Shown here piece after piece: positions 8,048 through 18,527 of a stretch of DNA of 28,366 bases. Source of the DNA: an uncultured Gammaproteobacteria bacterium (lineage in GTDB: Bacteria; Patescibacteriota; Patescibacteriia; UBA10025; JAHIVO01); assembly GCA_964493105.1 (NCBI GenBank), contig CAZBNI010000001.1, forward strand, positions 1 to 28,366. Direction: 5' to 3'. Under the pieces are notes generated by a model. It searched no databases, was not told the origin of the DNA, and saw only the letters and a list, made by a program, of their open reading frames with translations. Each line of letters begins with the position of its first letter. Position 1 is the stretch's first letter. The position numbers and the translations under genes were made by a program.

Positions 8048-10366
8048 CTACGATCGATACTCCTCTTCTGGTTCATCATCAACTTCGTCCTGATCTTGAT
8101 CTCCAATATTCCCATCACCTTCATTCTCCACTGGCAAATCTCCATGCTCTTCTTCGTTACACTCCTCTTCTCCGGCAATTAGTATTTCTCGTGGCTTTGC
8201 GCCTTCTCCTGGCCCGATAACGCCCTGCTCTTCCAAAATATCAAGTAACCGTGCAGCTCGTGCATAGCCGATCCGGAGTCGGCGCTGCAAATACGAGGCT
8301 GATGCTTTTCCGGCCGTAATAACCAATTCTTTTGCCTGATCCAACAGCTCATCATCACAAAGATCTTCAAAGTTTCCAACCAATGTCTGATCAACCACTT
8401 TTTCAATTACCTCTTCTTGATACTCTGGTGAATCTTTTTCTTTTAAAAAGCTCGTGACTCGTGAGATTTCCTGATCAGTTACATAAGCGCCCTGCAAACG
8501 CTTTGGTTTTGATAACTGTGATGAAATATACAGCATATCGCCACGTCCCAGAAGTTTATCAGCTCCAGAGGTATCAAGAATGGTACGTGAATCGGTCGAT
8601 GACGCGACTGAAAAAGCGATACGGGTTGTAATATTAGCCTTGATCAGACCAGTAATGATATCGACTGAAGGTCGTTGCGTTGCCAATATCAGATGAATTC
8701 CTACAGCACGTGCCATTTGTGCTAAACGGATAATAGCTGCCTCAACTTCATTTGCTGCAACTGACATCAGGTCTGCCATCTCATCAATCGCAATAACCAA
8801 ATAAGTCATTGTATCGCCATTATCCCTATTATAGGCATGAATATTCCGATGCCCTGTCTTTGAAAGTAGTTGGAACCGCCGATCCATCTCTGCAACAACC
8901 CACCTCAGTGCATTGATTGCCTTATCGATTTCGTTGATTACTGGCGTAATCAAATGCGGAATACTATTGTACACTGAGAGTTCCACGCGCTTTGGATCAA
9001 TCAAAATCAGTTTTAATTCATCAGGGGAATTTTGATACAAAAGGCTCAATAGTACGGCGTTAAGACAAACTGATTTACCAGAACCTGTTGCGCCTGCGAT
9101 CAGAAGATGGGGCATGGGATCGATATCAGCAAGCCATGCGTGACCAGCGACGTCACGTCCCAAGCCAACGGTGAGCTTTGACTTACGCTTTTTGAATTCG
9201 CTGCTCATCAGGATATCTTTTAATTTTACAACTGCGACAGCTTCGTTTGGAACCTCAATTCCGACCAGCGATTTGCCGGGTATCGGGGCTTCGATGCGGA
9301 TTGGATGTGCTGCCAAGGCAAGCGACAGATCATTGCTCAACGTCGTGATTTGGGAAAGTTTGACGCCTTCTGCCGGTTTGAGCGAATATTGCGTTACGGT
9401 CGGGCCAACTTGAGTATCACCCATTTCAACTTCAATGCCAAAATTCACCAGTGTTTTTTGAATCTTTTCTTTATGCGCCTCAATATCACCACTTAACGGC
9501 TTCGTGTTGCTTGATTCTAAAAGATCAATCGGAATATCAATTTTCTTACGAGGAACCTTTTTCTTTTCGGGAAACATGTCCATCTGCTCTTCGTTCCCAT
9601 GAACCGCATCATGGCCTTTACTTTCATCATCATTGGCATCGGCCTGCGCTTCTTTGGCAACCCGTTTAACTCCAAATTCGGCATCGGTTTCTCCATCATG
9701 CACGGTCTCATCTTCAGTCGAATCCGTAGTTGTCTGCATATTTGATCTTAACCGATAACGGAATTCTCCGAATCGGCGCATTAGTCTTTTGATAACATTG
9801 CCGCTCTCATATAATCGTCTTAACGAAACGTCAAACATGATAAGCATTGACACCACAAGCAAAGCAAAGAGTATAATACCTCCGGCCCATGGGCCAAGCC
9901 ACTTTTGGAAAATATAGGAGAGGAGTAACCCTGAATAACCGCCACCGGTACCTTCTGCAAAATGGGTCGTAGCCTCGGCGAATGGAATAAAAATAAGATG
10001 AAGAAGCCCAGTAAAACTAAGAATAAAAAGACCCAATCCAACATAGTTCATGGATCGCATACTATACCGCTGCGATCGAATATAAAAAAATCCAATTACT
10101 GCACCAATCACCGGAACAACATATCGCCCCCATCCAAATCCATAACGCAATGCCGTATCAATACCTTTCCCAATACTCCCTGCCCAATCAAAAAGGCTCA
10201 ATACAACCAAAACGGTTACTGCAAAGATCCCAACAACGATAATACCATGTTTTGTCTCAGATTTCAGTCGAGATTCGGGCTCGTCCGTATCCTTATCGCG
10301 AGGCGCGCTCTTGCGCGCTTCTTTTTTAAACTTTTTCAAATATTCCTTCTTTGCCTTTCTTACCAT
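8048..10366 (-). CDS. ftsK: DNA translocase FtsK/SpoIIIE
   Basis: N-terminal 4-TM region, PHLLIAGATGSGKS Walker A, LILIDPKRVEL, IHLILATQRPSVD, gamma domain SASYLQRRLRIGYARAARLLD. Confidence 0.98.
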   Translation of the reverse strand: MVRKAKKEYLKKFKKEARKSAPRDKDTDEPESRLKSETKHGIIVVGIFAVTVLVVLSLFDWAGSIGKGIDTALRYGFGWGRYVVPVIGAVIGFFYIRSQRYSMRSMNYVGLGLFILSFTGLLHLIFIPFAEATTHFAEGTGGGYSGLLLSYIFQKWLGPWAGGIILFALLVVSMLIMFDVSLRRLYESGNVIKRLMRRFGEFRYRLRSNMQTTTDSTEDETVHDGETDAEFGVKRVAKEAQADANDDESKGHDAVHGNEEQMDMFPEKKKVPRKKIDIPIDLLESSNTKPLSGDIEAHKEKIQKTLVNFGIEVEMGDTQVGPTVTQYSLKPAEGVKLSQITTLSNDLSLALAAHPIRIEAPIPGKSLVGIEVPNEAVAVVKLKDILMSSEFKKRKSKLTVGLGRDVAGHAWLADIDPMPHLLIAGATGSGKSVCLNAVLLSLLYQNSPDELKLILIDPKRVELSVYNSIPHLITPVINEIDKAINALRWVVAEMDRRFQLLSKTGHRNIHAYNRDNGDTMTYLVIAIDEMADLMSVAANEVEAAIIRLAQMARAVGIHLILATQRPSVDIITGLIKANITTRIAFSVASSTDSRTILDTSGADKLLGRGDMLYISSQLSKPKRLQGAYVTDQEISRVTSFLKEKDSPEYQEEVIEKVVDQTLVGNFEDLCDDELLDQAKELVITAGKASASYLQRRLRIGYARAARLLDILEEQGVIGPGEGAKPREILIAGEEECNEEEHGDLPVENEGDGNIGDQDQDEVDDEPEEEYRS

Positions 10367-10393
10367 ACGTTTATTAATCGAAATAGTACATAC

Positions 10394-10422
10394 AGTTTAG
10401 CATTTTTTGCCTTCCCAATCAA
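10394..10422 (-). promoter_or_regulatory. sigma70 promoter for ftsK-rodZ-recA
   Basis: TTGATT-N17-TAAACT with TGC extended -10. Confidence 0.6.
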
Positions 10423-10431
10423 TCGAAAACT

Positions 10432-10459
10432 GCCTTCCCAAAATCATGAAAGGGGAAGG
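10432..10459 (-). terminator. Hairpin downstream of rpoC, possible terminator
   Basis: CCUUCCC/GGGAAGG stem with a weak AGUUUUC tail; one arm (TGCCTTCCCAA) is duplicated at 10408 and 10431. Confidence 0.4.
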
Positions 10460-10495
10460 TTAACGGCCGGTAATAATACCAATACGACTACTATT

Positions 10496-13400
10496 TTAAA
10501 ATCCCGTCCCTGCCGGAATCAGCTTACCGATAATCACATTTTCCTTTAAACCACGCAAATGGTCAATCTTGCCAGATACTGCTGCGTCGATTAAAACACG
10601 TGCGGTCTCTTGGAACGATGCAGCTGACAAAAAACTATCGATAGACAACGAAGCTTTTGTAATACCTAGAAGTAACTGCTCACCTACTGCGAGTTTGTCA
10701 CCCCTCTTTTTTACCTCATTATTCGCTTCTACAAATTGGGCGCGCTCAACAATTTCACCGGACAGGAAATTGGTATCTCCGGCTTCTTTGACGTAAACAC
10801 GCGAGAACATCTGACGTACAATAATCTCGATATGCTTGTCATTCAACCTCTGGCCTTGTGATGAATACATATATTGAATTTCTCTAATGATATAGCGCTC
10901 AACAGCCTCCTGACCACTCAAATAAAAAAGTTGATGCAGGTCTAAGCTGCCATCAGTAAGCTGGTCCCCTTTATTAACTAAATCGCCATCTTTCACCCAC
11001 ACCATCTGCCCGGTCGGAACTGCATATTCTTTCTTTTTATCTGCCTCAGAGATAATGGCAATTTTGTTCTCAATAATGCGCACAGTACCACCAGATCGAG
11101 CGAGCAGTTCTTTGCTATCATTACTCATCAGTACTGCTCCTTCCTTAACCACAGCGCCATCTTTAACATGCACCTTTGCATTTTTGCCCTTCAGAAGCCT
11201 GTATTCATCTTCGTCATTTGACTTATAAGCAATAATGATCTGTTTTACACCTTTGGTTTCTTCTATGACTTTGGCTTTACCGGTGACGCCCGAAATCAAT
11301 GCGGGGCGACGAATCGGCCGTGCCTCAAAAAGTTCTTCAACGCGAGGTAAGCCCTGGGTAATATCTTGGCCGGCAACACCGCCAGTATGAAATGTTCTCA
11401 TCGTCAGCTGGGTACCCGGCTCACCAATACTTTGCGCCGCAATAATACCAACGGCTGTGCCAAATTCAACCTCTTTATTATGACCAAGGTCATACCCATA
11501 ACATTTCTTACAAAGACCCCATTTTGATTTGCAGCGTAAAATTGATCGAACTTTCAGCTCATCGAGTTTCAGCTTCGCAATCTTTGGCAGCTTCTCTTCG
11601 GAAATAATTGCCCCAGCTTTTACAACTACCTTTTTCGTTTTTGGATCCTTGATATCTTCTATTGGTACGCGCCCGACAAGTCTCTCTTCAAATTCCTGAT
11701 CCATACGGTCAGATTCTTCTCGTAATATAACAAAGCCCTCGGTATCTTTACAATTTTCTTCAGTGATAATAATATCCTGTGAAACATCAACAAGGCGCCG
11801 CGTTAAATAACCGGCGTTTGCGGTACGGAGCGCCGTATCAGATAAACCTTTACGGGCACCATGAGTAGAAATAAAGTACTCAAGTACATCAAAGCCTTCT
11901 TTAAAGCTTCCACGGACAGGGAGTTCGATCGTTTCGCCGGCTGGATTGGTTACCAGACCCTTCATGCCCATCATCTGGGTTGTCTGTGCCCATGAACCGC
12001 GAGCCCCCGACTCGATCATCGCAAATACCGAACCATGCGGATCAAGTGCTTCGCGACTTACTTTTTGAATCTTGTCCTTTGCCTGCGCCCAGATCTCAAT
12101 CACCTTCATGTGGCGCTCATCATTTGTTAGCAGTCCCTGTTCAAAATGCGACTGGATCTCCTCAAGCTGATTTTCTGCGTCCTGAATAATAGTATATTTA
12201 TCCTTCGGCGTTACTAAATCACCCATTCCCCAGCTAATGCCTGACTGGGTAAGGTAACGGATCGCCAGCTCTTTTAAACGGTCAAGGAAATCTACAACTT
12301 CCTGACGATCTAATTTATTCAGAAAAGAACTGATCAATTTTGACAGGAACTTGCGCTCAACTACTTCATTGATATAGGCAGTATTTTCGGGCAGGATAGA
12401 GTTAAAAATAATTCTTCCGGCTGACGTTTCAACCAGCCCATTATTCATTTTGACAATTGCCTTATCCTGAATATGAAGCTGCCGTAACTCGTACGCACTC
12501 AGTATCTCTTCTTCTGAGCTAAAACTGCGAAGTTTTTCCTTCTCTCCTTTTTTCAATAAAGTCAGATAATAACAACCAAGTACGATATCCTGTGTCGGAG
12601 CAACAATCGGAGTGCCTGTTGAAGGCTTTAGAAGATTCTTTTTTGAAGCAATAATTTCTGCTGCTTCACGCTTTGCGTTTTCAGTAAGCGGTACATGAAC
12701 AGCCATCTGGTCGCCATCAAAATCAGCATTAAAAGCAGTACAAACAAGCGGATGAATCTGAATTGCTTTACCCTCTACCAGAACCGGTTTGAATGCCTGG
12801 ATACCAAGACGATGCAGGGTTGGTGCGCGGTTCAGGAGTACATATGCATCTTTGGTAACTTCCTCAAGAATATCCCATACTTCAGACCTACCAACTTCAA
12901 TAAATCGACTTGCACTACGGACGTTATGTACGTACTCGCGCTTAATCAATTGACTGATAATAAATGGCTTAAACAACTCCAATGCCATTACTTTTGGCAG
13001 TCCACACTCATTCATCCTGAGATGAGGACCTACAACGATAACTGAACGACCTGAATAATCAACACGCTTGCCCAAAAGATTTTGTCGGAATCGTCCTTGT
13101 TTACCTTTTAGGATATCTGCGATTGACTTCAACATTCGCTTCTGTCCGGTCGATGCCGTGACCGTCTTCCCGTGCCGTGCATTATTATCAATCAATGCAT
13201 CAACTGCTTCCTGCAGCATACGCTTTTCATTTCTTTGAATAACTTCGGGTGCATTAAGTGTAATCAGACGTTTGAGACGGTTGTTTCTATTAATAACCCG
13301 GCGATACAAATCATTGAGGTCTGACGCCGCAAACCGACCACCATCAAGTTGCACCATTGGACGCAGATCAGGCGGAATCACAGGAATAACAGTTAAAATC

Positions 13401-14350
13401 ATCCATTCCGGCTTAATTTTGTTGAGCTGTAAATTTTTTAATAATTTTAACCGACGAACAGTCCGACGACGCTTTCCCTCTGGAGACGCCAGAACGTCTT
13501 CCCCCAGCTGTTTGATGCTTTTCTCGAGATCGATTTCGCCCAGTAATTCGTAGATTGCTTCAGCGCCAATGCCTGCTTCAAACACATGCCCATATTTCAA
13601 AGAGAGGTCTCGATAGATTTGCTCTGGAATAATCTGCATCGGCTTCAAGCCTTTTAATTCCTTCTTTGCCAAGTCTACTGCTTCAGCTAAATCTTTTAAT
13701 TTCTCGTCCCGCATTTGTGTATTTGCGGCAAGTTCTTCATCAAGCTCCTTAATTAATGCTTTTTTCTTGGCATCATCCTGCTCCTTAGACTGATCCTCTG
13801 CTCTGCGCTGCTTAATATCATTAGCGATCCGCCCAAATTCAGCTTCAATGCTTTTCTTTTTTGCCTGATGTTCAACATCAATTTGTTCAAGCGCCTCATC
13901 ACGAAGTGCGTCATCAACTTTCGTAATAATGTAATTTGCAAAATAAATGACTTTTTCTAGTTCCTGAATTGACAAGTCTAAAATAAGGCCAATCTTTGAG
14001 GGAACACCGCGCAAAAACCAAATATGCGAAACTGGTGCGGCAAGTTTGATATGCCCCATGCGCTCACGACGCACAACGCTCCTGGTCACTTCCACCCCAC
14101 ATTTGTCGCAAATAATACCTTTGTAGCGAACCTTCTTATACTTACCACAATAACATTCCCAGTCCTTGGTAGGGCCAAATATTTTTTCACAGAACAAACC
14201 ATCTTTCTCGGGTTTCTGTGTGCGATAATTCACTGTCTCTGGCTTCAAAACCTCGCCATGCGACCAATCAAAAATATTTTCTGGTGATGCAAGTTTCAGG
14301 CGAATCGCAGAAAAATTTATCGTCTTTGCTGTTTGTTCGTTAACTGGCAT
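10496..14350 (-). CDS. rpoC: DNA-directed RNA polymerase subunit beta'
   Basis: KPETVNYRTQKPEKDGLFCEKIFGP, RFRQNLLGKRVDYSGRSVI, NADFDGD active site, AAQSIGEPGTQLTMRTFH. Confidence 0.99.
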   Translation of the reverse strand: MPVNEQTAKTINFSAIRLKLASPENIFDWSHGEVLKPETVNYRTQKPEKDGLFCEKIFGPTKDWECYCGKYKKVRYKGIICDKCGVEVTRSVVRRERMGHIKLAAPVSHIWFLRGVPSKIGLILDLSIQELEKVIYFANYIITKVDDALRDEALEQIDVEHQAKKKSIEAEFGRIANDIKQRRAEDQSKEQDDAKKKALIKELDEELAANTQMRDEKLKDLAEAVDLAKKELKGLKPMQIIPEQIYRDLSLKYGHVFEAGIGAEAIYELLGEIDLEKSIKQLGEDVLASPEGKRRRTVRRLKLLKNLQLNKIKPEWMILTVIPVIPPDLRPMVQLDGGRFAASDLNDLYRRVINRNNRLKRLITLNAPEVIQRNEKRMLQEAVDALIDNNARHGKTVTASTGQKRMLKSIADILKGKQGRFRQNLLGKRVDYSGRSVIVVGPHLRMNECGLPKVMALELFKPFIISQLIKREYVHNVRSASRFIEVGRSEVWDILEEVTKDAYVLLNRAPTLHRLGIQAFKPVLVEGKAIQIHPLVCTAFNADFDGDQMAVHVPLTENAKREAAEIIASKKNLLKPSTGTPIVAPTQDIVLGCYYLTLLKKGEKEKLRSFSSEEEILSAYELRQLHIQDKAIVKMNNGLVETSAGRIIFNSILPENTAYINEVVERKFLSKLISSFLNKLDRQEVVDFLDRLKELAIRYLTQSGISWGMGDLVTPKDKYTIIQDAENQLEEIQSHFEQGLLTNDERHMKVIEIWAQAKDKIQKVSREALDPHGSVFAMIESGARGSWAQTTQMMGMKGLVTNPAGETIELPVRGSFKEGFDVLEYFISTHGARKGLSDTALRTANAGYLTRRLVDVSQDIIITEENCKDTEGFVILREESDRMDQEFEERLVGRVPIEDIKDPKTKKVVVKAGAIISEEKLPKIAKLKLDELKVRSILRCKSKWGLCKKCYGYDLGHNKEVEFGTAVGIIAAQSIGEPGTQLTMRTFHTGGVAGQDITQGLPRVEELFEARPIRRPALISGVTGKAKVIEETKGVKQIIIAYKSNDEDEYRLLKGKNAKVHVKDGAVVKEGAVLMSNDSKELLARSGGTVRIIENKIAIISEADKKKEYAVPTGQMVWVKDGDLVNKGDQLTDGSLDLHQLFYLSGQEAVERYIIREIQYMYSSQGQRLNDKHIEIIVRQMFSRVYVKEAGDTNFLSGEIVERAQFVEANNEVKKRGDKLAVGEQLLLGITKASLSIDSFLSAASFQETARVLIDAAVSGKIDHLRGLKENVIIGKLIPAGTGF

Positions 14351-14380
14351 AGTTTATTCTGTTTTTTTCTATTAATCTCT

Positions 14381-17300
14381 TTATTGCCCTTCTTTTGAAC
14401 CTTTCGATTCCTTTTTTGCTTCATCCTCACTGGCGTTCTCATCAGACTCTTGAACACCACCAACAAGCTCTACGTCGAGACATAAGCCTTTTAGCTCGCG
14501 CACTAATACGTTAAAAGATTCAGGTATATTCAGTTTTTTAATAGACTCGCCCTTGATAATAGCTTCGTATGCTTTGGATCGGCCCGGCACATCATCAGAT
14601 TTGATCGTGAGCATCTCCTGCAAAGTATACGCTGCGCCATACGCTTCGAGTGCCCAAACTTCCATTTCACCAAAACGCTGACCACCAAACTGGGCTTTTC
14701 CGCCAAGTGGCTGTTGAGTAACCAACGAATATGGTCCAATAGACCGCATATGGATCTTATCTTCAACAAGGTGGTTCAGTTTCAACATATAGACGTAACC
14801 AACCGTAACTAGCTGATCAAACGATTCTCCGGTTCTGCCATCAAAAAGCTTAATCTTGCCATCTTCTGGGAACCCAGCCTTTTTAAGCTGTTCGCGGATG
14901 ATTTCTTCTTTTACACCATTGAGTGCGGGGCTTGCAACTTTGTATCCCAGGTGTTTTGCTGCGAGACCAAGGTGCGTCTCGAGTATTTGGCCAAGATTCA
15001 TACGCGAAGCGACGCCAAGTGGATTCAAGATAATATCAACCGGAGTGCCATCAGCAAGGTATGGCATATCCTCAACTGCAACAATCCTCGAAATTACACC
15101 TTTATTACCGTGACGGCCCGCCATCTTGTCACCGACCTGAATTTTACGAAGTTGCGCTACTGAAATCTGAATACTTTTGAGAATGCCTGCAGGCAATCTA
15201 TCGCCTCGTTCACGTGAAAAAATCTTGATATCAACCACTTTACCGTGCTCTCCATGCTCCAGGTAGAGTGAACTGTCTTTTACGTCCTTTGCTTTTTCTC
15301 CAAAAATAGCCCTTAAGAGTTTTTCTTCGGCTGATAGCTCAGTTTCACCTTTTGGCGTGATTTTACCAACTAAAATATCACCTGAAGAAACCTGCGCGCC
15401 AATTCGTACGACCCCCTCTTCATCAAGGTCTTTTAATTTCTCCTCGCCAATATTAGGAATATCCCTGGTCACAACCTCTGGGCCTAATTTTGTATCGCGT
15501 ACATCGACCGTATATTCTTCAACATGTACCGAAGTAAAACGATCCTCCTGCACAAGCCGGTCTGAAATAAGAATAGCATCTTCATAGTTGCCGCCTTCCC
15601 ATGACATAAATGCGACAAGAATATTCTGCCCCAAAGCTAATTCTCCATGATCAGTTGCTGGACCATCGGCCAGCACATCGCCTTTGGAAACCTTCTGGTC
15701 TATTTCTACCAATGAACGTTGATTAATACACGTTGAAGCATTTGATCGAACAAACTTTTTAAGCATGTACTTTTGTAATGAACCATCACTGCCCATAACA
15801 TGGATTTCGTCGGAATCAGCTTTTACAACCTTACCATCAACATTCGAAATAATGACCTGTCCGGAATCACGGGCCGCCTTTCCTTCAATACCGGTGCCAA
15901 CAAGTGGCGCATCCGGACTAATACAAGGGACAGCTTGTCGTTGCATATTTGAGCCCATTAATGCACGTACGGCGTCATCATGCTCTAAAAATGGAATAAG
16001 TGCCGTTGTAATACTGACAATCTGGTACGGAGCCACATCCATATAATCAATACGTACGACCGGCTGTACGGTTGGCTCACCGTGCAACCGTACTTCCGCC
16101 CTTTCACTTAAAAAATGTCCTTTTTCATCTATCTGCGTCGTAACCGCAGTAGTAACATAGCGTTCTTCAATGAATGCATCAAGAAATTCAATCTCATTGG
16201 TAACGCGTGGAATAACTGGTACTGTAGTCAGGTCGGTCGCTTCAATCTTCCTGGCAATATCCTTAGTAATATCAGTGCCCTCTGGGACTACAACTGTTCC
16301 GCTTGCGTCTTTTATGTCTTCTCGGGTTATTTCGCCTTCGAGTACTGATGCTTTATTTTCAATATCATGCACGACTTTTCTAAACGGAGTTTCAATAAAA
16401 CCAAAATCATTTATCCGCGCATAGCTGGATAAATGACCAACAAGACCAATATTAGGACCTTCTGGCGTAGCAATAGGGCAAATTCGGCCGTAGTGTGTAC
16501 GATGCACATCGCGGACATCAAACCCTGCGCGTTCTCTTGAAAGACCACCAGGACCCATGGCTGATAAACGTCGCTTGTGTTCCAATTCTGCGAGTGGATT
16601 AGTCTGATCCATAAACTGTGAAAGCTGCGATGACATAAAAAATTCCTTGATCGATCCAATAATCGGCCTGGCATTAATCAACTGATTTGGTGTCAACGTA
16701 TTAATGTCTAATGTACTCATTCTGTCCTTCACGATACGCTCCATACGCGCAAGCCCGACACGGAATTTGTTCTGTACTAATTCGCCAATCGCGCGGACAC
16801 GACGGTTGCCCAAATGATCGATGTCATCTGAGTCCTCTTGGCTGTTATTCAGTTTAATAACCTCTTTTACAATCGCTGTGAGATCATCTTTCTTCAGTAC
16901 CCGATGTTCTTTATCATTCGGCATGTCAAAATTAAAACGTTGGTTTAATTTATATCGGCCAACGCGTCCAAAATCGTAACGGTCGAAACTGAAAAACATC
17001 TTGAAAATGAGCTCTCGTGCGTTATCAACCGTCGCCAAGTCTCCAGGACGGATACGCTTGTATACTTCTTTAAGACCTTCCGCTTCATTACGCGCAACAT
17101 CTTTTGCAAGCGTTGCTTCGATGTACTTACTCTCCGGATGATTATCAACGTCTGAAAAAATGCTCATGATTTCCTCATCAGAGCCATATCCGAAAGCACG
17201 TAAGAGTGACGTTACCGGTACTTTGCGTTTACGATCTATCTTTACTGAAATCACACTATTCGCATCTGTCTCAAGCTCAAGCCACGCACCACGATTTGGA

Positions 17301-17782
17301 ATAATCTTCGCGCCATAACACTTGCGACCACGAATAATTTCTGAATTGAAAAAAACACCAGCTGATCTGATCAGCTGGCTGACAACAACACGCTCTATAC
17401 CATTAATTACAAATGTACCGCGATCTGTCATCAAGGGAAAATCACCAAGGTACACTTCTTGTTCCTTAATCTCGCCCGTTTTCTTATTAACGAGTTTTGT
17501 TTCTACGCGTAGCGGTGCTTCGTAGGTGACGTTCTTTTCTTTCGCGATCCACTCGTCGAAGCGAGGCTCGTCCAGATAATAATTTTGAAAATAGAGTTCA
17601 AGGTCTCTACCAATGAAGTCTCGAATCGGAGAAACTTCATCAAAGAGTTCTCGAAGTCCGCTCTCCATAAGCCAACGATATGATGCCTTTTGGATGTCTA
17701 TCAAATCAGAAAGATCAGTCATCGCGCGGATCTCACTAAAACGCTTCCGGTTATCTTCGGTTGTTATTTCTGGGGTAGACAT
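14381..17782 (-). CDS. rpoB: DNA-directed RNA polymerase subunit beta
   Basis: [62 protein letters not shown]. Start ATG 17782 preferred because SD GAGG precedes it; the ORF track starts at 17812. Confidence 0.99.
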   Translation of the reverse strand: MSTPEITTEDNRKRFSEIRAMTDLSDLIDIQKASYRWLMESGLRELFDEVSPIRDFIGRDLELYFQNYYLDEPRFDEWIAKEKNVTYEAPLRVETKLVNKKTGEIKEQEVYLGDFPLMTDRGTFVINGIERVVVSQLIRSAGVFFNSEIIRGRKCYGAKIIPNRGAWLELETDANSVISVKIDRKRKVPVTSLLRAFGYGSDEEIMSIFSDVDNHPESKYIEATLAKDVARNEAEGLKEVYKRIRPGDLATVDNARELIFKMFFSFDRYDFGRVGRYKLNQRFNFDMPNDKEHRVLKKDDLTAIVKEVIKLNNSQEDSDDIDHLGNRRVRAIGELVQNKFRVGLARMERIVKDRMSTLDINTLTPNQLINARPIIGSIKEFFMSSQLSQFMDQTNPLAELEHKRRLSAMGPGGLSRERAGFDVRDVHRTHYGRICPIATPEGPNIGLVGHLSSYARINDFGFIETPFRKVVHDIENKASVLEGEITREDIKDASGTVVVPEGTDITKDIARKIEATDLTTVPVIPRVTNEIEFLDAFIEERYVTTAVTTQIDEKGHFLSERAEVRLHGEPTVQPVVRIDYMDVAPYQIVSITTALIPFLEHDDAVRALMGSNMQRQAVPCISPDAPLVGTGIEGKAARDSGQVIISNVDGKVVKADSDEIHVMGSDGSLQKYMLKKFVRSNASTCINQRSLVEIDQKVSKGDVLADGPATDHGELALGQNILVAFMSWEGGNYEDAILISDRLVQEDRFTSVHVEEYTVDVRDTKLGPEVVTRDIPNIGEEKLKDLDEEGVVRIGAQVSSGDILVGKITPKGETELSAEEKLLRAIFGEKAKDVKDSSLYLEHGEHGKVVDIKIFSRERGDRLPAGILKSIQISVAQLRKIQVGDKMAGRHGNKGVISRIVAVEDMPYLADGTPVDIILNPLGVASRMNLGQILETHLGLAAKHLGYKVASPALNGVKEEIIREQLKKAGFPEDGKIKLFDGRTGESFDQLVTVGYVYMLKLNHLVEDKIHMRSIGPYSLVTQQPLGGKAQFGGQRFGEMEVWALEAYGAAYTLQEMLTIKSDDVPGRSKAYEAIIKGESIKKLNIPESFNVLVRELKGLCLDVELVGGVQESDENASEDEAKKESKGSKEGQ

Positions 17783-17895
17783 AAAATAACCTCTTTCCTC
17801 TGTAGATAACAAAGAAAAGAGTACCTAGCTTAGTGGATTGTATTGTCGTATAACGCCATTAAATGTTTTGACGTCCTCTTAAATGAGGAATTAGT
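17783..17895 (-). promoter_or_regulatory. Structured rpoB 5' leader with an SD-occluding hairpin
   Basis: 13-bp stem CUCUUUUCUUUGU/ACAGAGGAAAGAG (17791-17821) overlaps the SD; two smaller hairpins at 17854-17873 and 17874-17889. Confidence 0.5.
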
Positions 17896-17902
17896 GCTAG
17901 GA

Positions 17903-17931
17903 ATCATACCAAGCCGAAAAAAAACTGTCAA
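17903..17931 (-). promoter_or_regulatory. sigma70 promoter for rpoBC
   Basis: TTGACA-N17-TATGAT with TGG extended -10. Confidence 0.8.
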
Positions 17932-18028
17932 GTTTTTCTAGTGTTTTTTGTCAAGTGGGTATATTTTTCGCTAATATTAGTTGGATTGTTATAAACACCG
18001 CTTTTTTAACAATAAAACAAGGCACACG

Positions 18029-18047
18029 TTATCCACAGTTATTTACA
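18029..18047 (+). promoter_or_regulatory. DnaA box plus an adjacent degenerate box
   Basis: Perfect TTATCCACA at 18029-18037, then TTATTTACA at 18039-18047. Confidence 0.4.
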
Positions 18048-18057
18048 TAAGCCCCTT

Positions 18058-18527
18058 TCACCGAGTTTGGATGCGATTATTATTTGTCTCTTTAATTAAC
18101 TTTATAAATTGTTTTATGCGAACACCGCGTGGTTTTAAAGTTAAAAGTTGTTTTTTATTTACCCATCGGTATTCAGTATGTTCCGGGCTTAATTTCACCT
18201 TCCCAGATACATAGTGCGCTTCAATCAAAATTACCGATACCTTCCAACCATGGTTGATTAAATGCCGCGCCGCGCATAATCCATCACCGCCCTTATTTCC
18301 CTTGCCGACAAATATTACTATCTTTTTATTTTAATGCCCGCCTCTTCTTTTGTCTCGCGAATTGCCGCCGTATAGGGCTGTTCCCCAGATCCCACACCTC
18401 CGCCAGGCAAATCCCAGCCACCGGGAGCGTGCTGATCATTACGGCTCCGTTTTAGTACAAGGTACTTACCCTTCCGCTGGATTGCAACGTGTATTCCTGC
18501 GTTAAATTTTCTCACCTCTTTTTTCAT
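18058..18527 (-). pseudogene. Split NUDIX hydrolase gene whose middle is replaced by a YjeF_N/NnrE-like fragment
   Basis: 18527-18318 carries an intact Nudix box GGVGSGEQPYTAAIRETKEEAG, then TAG. A second frame (18330-18058, no start codon) reads NKKIVIFVGKGNKGGDGLCAARHLINHGWKVSVIL, then the NUDIX-type C-half EAHYVSGKVKLSPEHTEYRWV. Confidence 0.7.

Noticed and set aside
9962-10549. 195-aa plus-strand ORF and similar shadows over rpoBC, murE, DUF389, metK and pckA
   Set aside because: They overlap unambiguous conserved genes on the opposite strand
17926-18060. Replication origin
   Set aside because: Only one perfect DnaA box, no dnaA/dnaN nearby, and no switch in gene strand
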